Below are positions 59,957 to 64,000 of a DNA stretch of 64,000 nt, one piece after another. The stretch is from Candidatus Woesebacteria bacterium. Lineage in GTDB: Bacteria > Patescibacteriota > Microgenomatia > UBA1400 > PJMF01. The position numbers and the translations under genes were made by a program. The notes under the pieces are model-generated. The model worked only from the letters and a program-made list of their open reading frames with translations, made no database searches and had not been told where the DNA came from. Numbering within the stretch: the first letter of the stretch is position 1; the number at the start of each line of letters is the position of its first letter. Location: the NCBI GenBank assembly GCA_050123235.1, contig JASFHL010000005.1, positions 30,695 to 94,694 of the forward strand. Reading direction: 5' to 3'.

Positions 59957-61777
59957 ATGAAGGATTATCAACTTATCTCTGTTAAAACTAAAAAAGTAGT
60001 CAAAGAAACTGATAGCGTGACTACTGATCCTAAAACCGGTAGCCCGCTGGAAGTAGCTTATGACTATAGCAAAATTAAAAAACTTTTTAATTCTTATATT
60101 TACAAAAATGCTCCAATTAGTGCTAGCAAGTATTTGGATCTTTATCCAATCCATGACTATAACAACATTGTTTCTTTGCAAGAAGGAGCCACTCCTTTGT
60201 ATGAGAGCCAAAAACTACGCCAAGAGTTTGGCTTGAGCAAATTATATTTTAAATATGAAGGAGCTAATCCTACTGGTTCATTTAAAGATCGTGGCAGTAT
60301 GGTAGAAGTTACTAAGGCTATTGAACTTGGAGCTAAGGGCGTAACTCTTGCTTCCACTGGGAATATGGCCGCTTCTGTAGCTGCTTATACTGCTAAGGCA
60401 GGTATTGATTGCTATATTTTTGTGCCAGAAGGCACTCCAGCAGGAAAATTAGCTCAAGCTTTATCTTGTGGTGCCAAAGTGATTCAAGTCCGAGCTGATT
60501 ACAGTACAGCTGCCAAACTAGCTGAAAAGGTCGCCAAAAAATATGGTTTTTACTTAGCAGGAGATTATTGCTTTAGACAAGAAGGTCAGAAATCTATTGC
60601 CTATGAAATCATAGAACAACGTCTATTCAAAGTTCCAGATTATATTTTAGTCCCAGTGGGTGTGGGCACTAATATGGCAGCCATTTGGAAAGGATTTAAA
60701 GAATACTATAAATTAGGCTTGATTGATGAACTTCCCCAGATGATTGCTGTTCAAGCAGAAGGTGCTTCCCCAATTATTAAGTCTTTTAATTTGAATCTTA
60801 GAAAATATGCCGTAGTAGACAAGGTAGAAACAGTTTCATCAGCCATTGCGGTAGGAAATCCATTGGATGCTGTTAAAGTAATGAAGCTACTCAAAGAATC
60901 CAAAGGCTTTGCTGTAGCTGTTAGTGATGAAGATACTTTAGAATACCAACATCAACTAGCCAAACAGGAATCAATTTTTGTAGAACCATCTAGCGCTACT
61001 ACTCTAGCAGCCTTAGCAAAATTAAAAAAACTTAAAAAGCTAAAAAAAGATGCTAGCTATATTTGTGTTCTCACCGGAGCAGGTTTGAAAGACCCAGCTG
61101 CTGCTTTAAAAATTCTAGCAGAACCACCCACCATAGAGCCTGATCTCAAAGAAGTTGATAAGATTTTATCTTCTAATATTTTGGATGTGCGCTCATATGG
61201 TGCTAAAAAAAGAGAAGAGATTGTTTTCAAGAAACTGCCAACTAGCTCTCAACTAAAGAAGTTTACCAAAGAAAAATTTGATCTTTCTTTGAGTAAAGAC
61301 TATTTTGAAGAAGTTTATAGACAGGTAAAAAATTTCTTTAAAAAAGGTAAAAAGATTAATCGCGCTGATCTGCAGTACATTATAGAAAATACCATTCAAA
61401 CTTATATCCCAGATGAAAAGAAAGTGCTTAAAGTTCTTGATTTTGAAATTACCACTAAGTATGCTCAACCACCTTTAGCAAAAATGACTGTAGAGGTAAA
61501 AAAGAAAAAAATACAAACCAAAGCCAAAGGAGTAGGTCCAGTGGATGCTGCTATTAATGCTTTACTTAAAGCCTGTCAAGAAAATGGTAAAAAGAAAGTT
61601 AAACTAACCGATTACAAGGTAGAAATTAACACTACTGGTACTGATGCAGCAGTGGATGTAGAAATGAAATTAGAAGATTCTAACAATCAAGTGGTAGGAC
61701 AGGGCACTTCACCTGATATTATCCAAGCATCGATTGCAGCCTTTGTGAGTGGTTATAATATGCTTTATTTGAAGTAG
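59957..61777 (+). CDS. threonine-synthase-like fold-type-II PLP enzyme fused to a C-terminal LeuA-type allosteric (LeuA_dimer-like) domain
   Basis: 606 aa; PLP-lysine motif ANPTGSFKDRGS (ThrC-type P-[ST]-x-[SA]-F-K-D). The C-terminal ~130 aa (GVGPVDAAINAL...LTDYKVEINTTGTDAAVDVEMKL....QGTSPDIIQASIAAFVSGYNML) match the conserved pattern of the LeuA/CimA C-terminal regulatory domain. Confidence 0.65.
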   Translation: MKDYQLISVKTKKVVKETDSVTTDPKTGSPLEVAYDYSKIKKLFNSYIYKNAPISASKYLDLYPIHDYNNIVSLQEGATPLYESQKLRQEFGLSKLYFKYEGANPTGSFKDRGSMVEVTKAIELGAKGVTLASTGNMAASVAAYTAKAGIDCYIFVPEGTPAGKLAQALSCGAKVIQVRADYSTAAKLAEKVAKKYGFYLAGDYCFRQEGQKSIAYEIIEQRLFKVPDYILVPVGVGTNMAAIWKGFKEYYKLGLIDELPQMIAVQAEGASPIIKSFNLNLRKYAVVDKVETVSSAIAVGNPLDAVKVMKLLKESKGFAVAVSDEDTLEYQHQLAKQESIFVEPSSATTLAALAKLKKLKKLKKDASYICVLTGAGLKDPAAALKILAEPPTIEPDLKEVDKILSSNILDVRSYGAKKREEIVFKKLPTSSQLKKFTKEKFDLSLSKDYFEEVYRQVKNFFKKGKKINRADLQYIIENTIQTYIPDEKKVLKVLDFEITTKYAQPPLAKMTVEVKKKKIQTKAKGVGPVDAAINALLKACQENGKKKVKLTDYKVEINTTGTDAAVDVEMKLEDSNNQVVGQGTSPDIIQASIAAFVSGYNMLYLK

Positions 61778-61815
61778 TAATTTCTTAAAGCAAGGCTCTC
61801 AAATCATAGAAATTT

Positions 61816-62367
61816 ATGTTTTGCGAACGCTTAGATCAACTTAGTCACATCCCGTTTATTGCTGATGGGGCCAGTTCACCTCTAGTAGTCCTTTTATTAA
61901 AGACAGAGTTTACTAAAGCAGTAGAGCTTGCTCTACAAATTGAAGCAATTATTACTGATATTTTGGAAAATCTAGATTTAGAAGTTTCAGGTTTTAGTGC
62001 TGATACTCCATCTGAAGCAAGAGAATTACTTAGTCTTGAAAAACTTGCTGCTGCGCTAAAAGACGTTACTAAGTGGCAAGACTGTCCCTTTGAAACTGAT
62101 GGTATACGTGGGGAATACTTGGATGGTCAATACTTAGGCTATCTTTATTTGAATTCAGCTAGAGCTTTTTTGACTCTGCGAAACTACCGTAATCATTGGC
62201 AAAGTGATGATAATGAAATCATTATTAGTTATCTTGCTTATTCATTTCCCAATTTTTTAGCTGAAAAAGTAGATCCAGATAGAATGCTGAGAAATTTATA
62301 TATTGAGTTTGCTTATCAAGGAGAAGTTTATACAGCTGTTTGCTATCAAGCAGGACTTAATTTTTAA
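61816..62367 (+). CDS. hypothetical protein (183 aa)
   Basis: Intact ORF; no motif recognised. Confidence 0.35.
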   Translation: MFCERLDQLSHIPFIADGASSPLVVLLLKTEFTKAVELALQIEAIITDILENLDLEVSGFSADTPSEARELLSLEKLAAALKDVTKWQDCPFETDGIRGEYLDGQYLGYLYLNSARAFLTLRNYRNHWQSDDNEIIISYLAYSFPNFLAEKVDPDRMLRNLYIEFAYQGEVYTAVCYQAGLNF

Positions 62368-62392
62368 TGGTCTCTTGATTTTACAGAAGAAA

Positions 62393-62695
62393 TCATTTTT
62401 CTGGTTTTAAATCCAGTTTTTCAAACCAACCTTTCCTATAAATAATAGCTATCACTGCATAGACAGCTACGTCCAACCAAGTATCATCAATTGATTCATT
62501 TTTAGGTTCTGTCTTTTTGTTCAATAAATTTTTCAAACGATTAACTTTATCGTTGACCCTAAAAAGTATGCCTAACTCAGCAGTGTCTAGGATATTGCCT
62601 TTGCCATAATCTTTATTTTTTTTAATAAAAGTAGCCAACATTTCTTTGAGAACCTTTTCAAAAGCTTCATCTAAATATTGAGGCTGTTTAGGCAT
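62393..62695 (-). CDS. hypothetical small helical protein (100 aa)
   Basis: Intact ORF; KNKDYGKGN / DK.NRL motif pattern faintly reminiscent of small all-alpha nucleotide-hydrolase-like families. Confidence 0.3.
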   Translation of the reverse strand: MPKQPQYLDEAFEKVLKEMLATFIKKNKDYGKGNILDTAELGILFRVNDKVNRLKNLLNKKTEPKNESIDDTWLDVAVYAVIAIIYRKGWFEKLDLKPEK

Positions 62696-62713
62696 TGTTT
62701 ATCCTTTCTATTA

Positions 62714-63058
62714 TTAACACTTACAAGGACGACTTTTATTATTGACTATTTTTAATAATTTCACAACTTCCGTATCATTGATTTCTTGCAGAGAATGAAA
62801 TTTGAGGTGTCTCATTATTTTGCCATTACCTTTAAAAAGAGACATTTCTTTTTTTGATAAGCTTTTGACAGCTACTCCCAAATTTACAGAATCTCTGAGT
62901 CCGACTAAATAAAATTTATCTTGATACCAAGGCACTCCTAGTTTAAAACCTTCTTTAAGCTTAGGAAAAGTTTGCGAAATAATTTTTCTTAATTTTTTTA
63001 AGATTTCTTTTTGTGGGGAAGGTTGTTCGTTGATGTATTTACTGACAGTTTTATCCAT
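62714..63058 (-). CDS. DUF1801 (YdhG-like) family protein
   Basis: 114 aa; YI..QP.PQKEIL.KLR.II...FP.L.E..K.G.PWY pattern typical of DUF1801. Confidence 0.45.
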   Translation of the reverse strand: MDKTVSKYINEQPSPQKEILKKLRKIISQTFPKLKEGFKLGVPWYQDKFYLVGLRDSVNLGVAVKSLSKKEMSLFKGNGKIMRHLKFHSLQEINDTEVVKLLKIVNNKSRPCKC

Positions 63059-63193
63059 CTTTTTAATAAAACTTTAGCATAGTAAACTGCTTTATATCAA
63101 TTAGCACTTCCGGCTGCTGGCTTTGTTAGCTACTATTTAATATATATTAATATTGTAAAATTAATTTTATTAGTTATAAGCTAATTAAAAATT

Positions 63194-64000
63194 ATGGGAT
63201 CGCATAAAAAAAATTCTCTTCCGTTAATATCAGTTATTATTTGTACTAAAATTAGAGCCAATAAAATAGCTGGCTGTATTGCGAGTTTGATTAATAATTC
63301 ATTTAAAGATTTTGAATTAATCGTGCTAGATCAGAGCCCTGATTATAAAACCAAGAAGCTTGTTAAAAAGTTTAAGAATGTTAGTTATTTTCGTATAAAC
63401 AAGAGAGCTTTAAGTTTTGCTAGAAATTTTGGAATCAAGAAAGCCAAAGCTGAGATCGTCGCTTTTATTGATGATGACTGTTTAGCAGATAGAAATTGGT
63501 TAAAAAGAATTTATTATAGCTTTTCTAATTATCCAGAGGTAGTTGGGATATATGGCAAAACTATTCCCTATAAATCAGAACAAGATAAAAATTTATTTTA
63601 TCCTCGTTGTTTTAGCCTTAGTAAATTAAAGGAAGTTCTTATTTCTAAACCAGCTAAGCATTGGGACAGTATTGGTTATGGTAATAATATGGCATTTAGA
63701 AAGGAAATATTTAATATCTTAGGTTATTTTAAAACTTGGCTGGGCCCTGGATCGATTGGACTTAGTGCTGAAGATGTAGAATTTGCATTAAGGGCTCTAA
63801 TAAATCAAAAAAAATTACTTTATCAATCAAAAATGCTAGTACTTAATAAGCAGTGCTTAAGAAAAAAAGAGAGAAAGAAAGCAGAACTTACTTATTTATG
63901 TGGTGAAGTTGCTTGTTATGGATATTTATCATTTAAAAAAAATTGTCCTTTTGCTAGGAGAGTGATTAGAAAAAACATTTATCTAACATTTTTTTCTGAA
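63194..64000 (+). CDS. family-2 glycosyltransferase (3' end beyond window)
   Basis: LISVIICTKIR (GT-A start), DFELIVLDQS, and DxD-type AFIDDDC motifs; open to the window end. Confidence 0.65.
   Translation, partial: MGSHKKNSLPLISVIICTKIRANKIAGCIASLINNSFKDFELIVLDQSPDYKTKKLVKKFKNVSYFRINKRALSFARNFGIKKAKAEIVAFIDDDCLADRNWLKRIYYSFSNYPEVVGIYGKTIPYKSEQDKNLFYPRCFSLSKLKEVLISKPAKHWDSIGYGNNMAFRKEIFNILGYFKTWLGPGSIGLSAEDVEFALRALINQKKLLYQSKMLVLNKQCLRKKERKKAELTYLCGEVACYGYLSFKKNCPFARRVIRKNIYLTFFSE

Overview
This AT-rich window appears to come from a small-genome bacterium with Candidate-Phyla-Radiation/Patescibacteria-like traits. I infer this from the lack of an L30 gene between rpsE and rplO, the long Lys-rich tails on many ribosomal proteins, and a zinc-less short S14. 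The first ~23.5 kb is the core translation/transcription block on the + strand: the 3' end of rpoC, rpsL, an atypical 0.55-kb insertion, rpsG-fusA-tuf, and then the S10-spc-alpha superoperon (rpsJ through rpsI, including secY, adk, infA, rpmJ, rpoA). A convergent ABC-2 exporter, HU, a VanZ-like protein and a secreted tandem lamin-tail-domain protein follow. Next is a tRNA-Ser(GCU) flanked by an accessory stretch: a class-II Fic protein, an HhH + C39-like peptidase protein, a DUF134/DUF5320-like pair, a glycoside hydrolase, a YibE/F membrane protein and an orphan OmpR regulator. The last third carries a polyprenyl synthase, an SDR, a HAD phosphatase and a 1715-aa alpha-2-macroglobulin-like surface protein. 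It ends with a complete branched-chain amino-acid cluster (leuA/cimA-leuCDB, B12-radical-SAM, ilvBN-ilvD-aminotransferase-ilvC, and a ThrC-like PLP enzyme). The thioester-bearing alpha-2-macroglobulin-like protein has a complete Hint/mini-intein-like autoprocessing domain, flanked by poly-Gly linkers, at its bait-region position. Two paralogous leader-peptide attenuators sit upstream of the leu and ilv operons. A ~155-bp element with perfect 17-bp terminal inverted repeats occurs twice, plus solo half-sites. A LeuA-type allosteric domain is fused to the ThrC-like enzyme, while the LeuA/CimA-like synthase lacks it.
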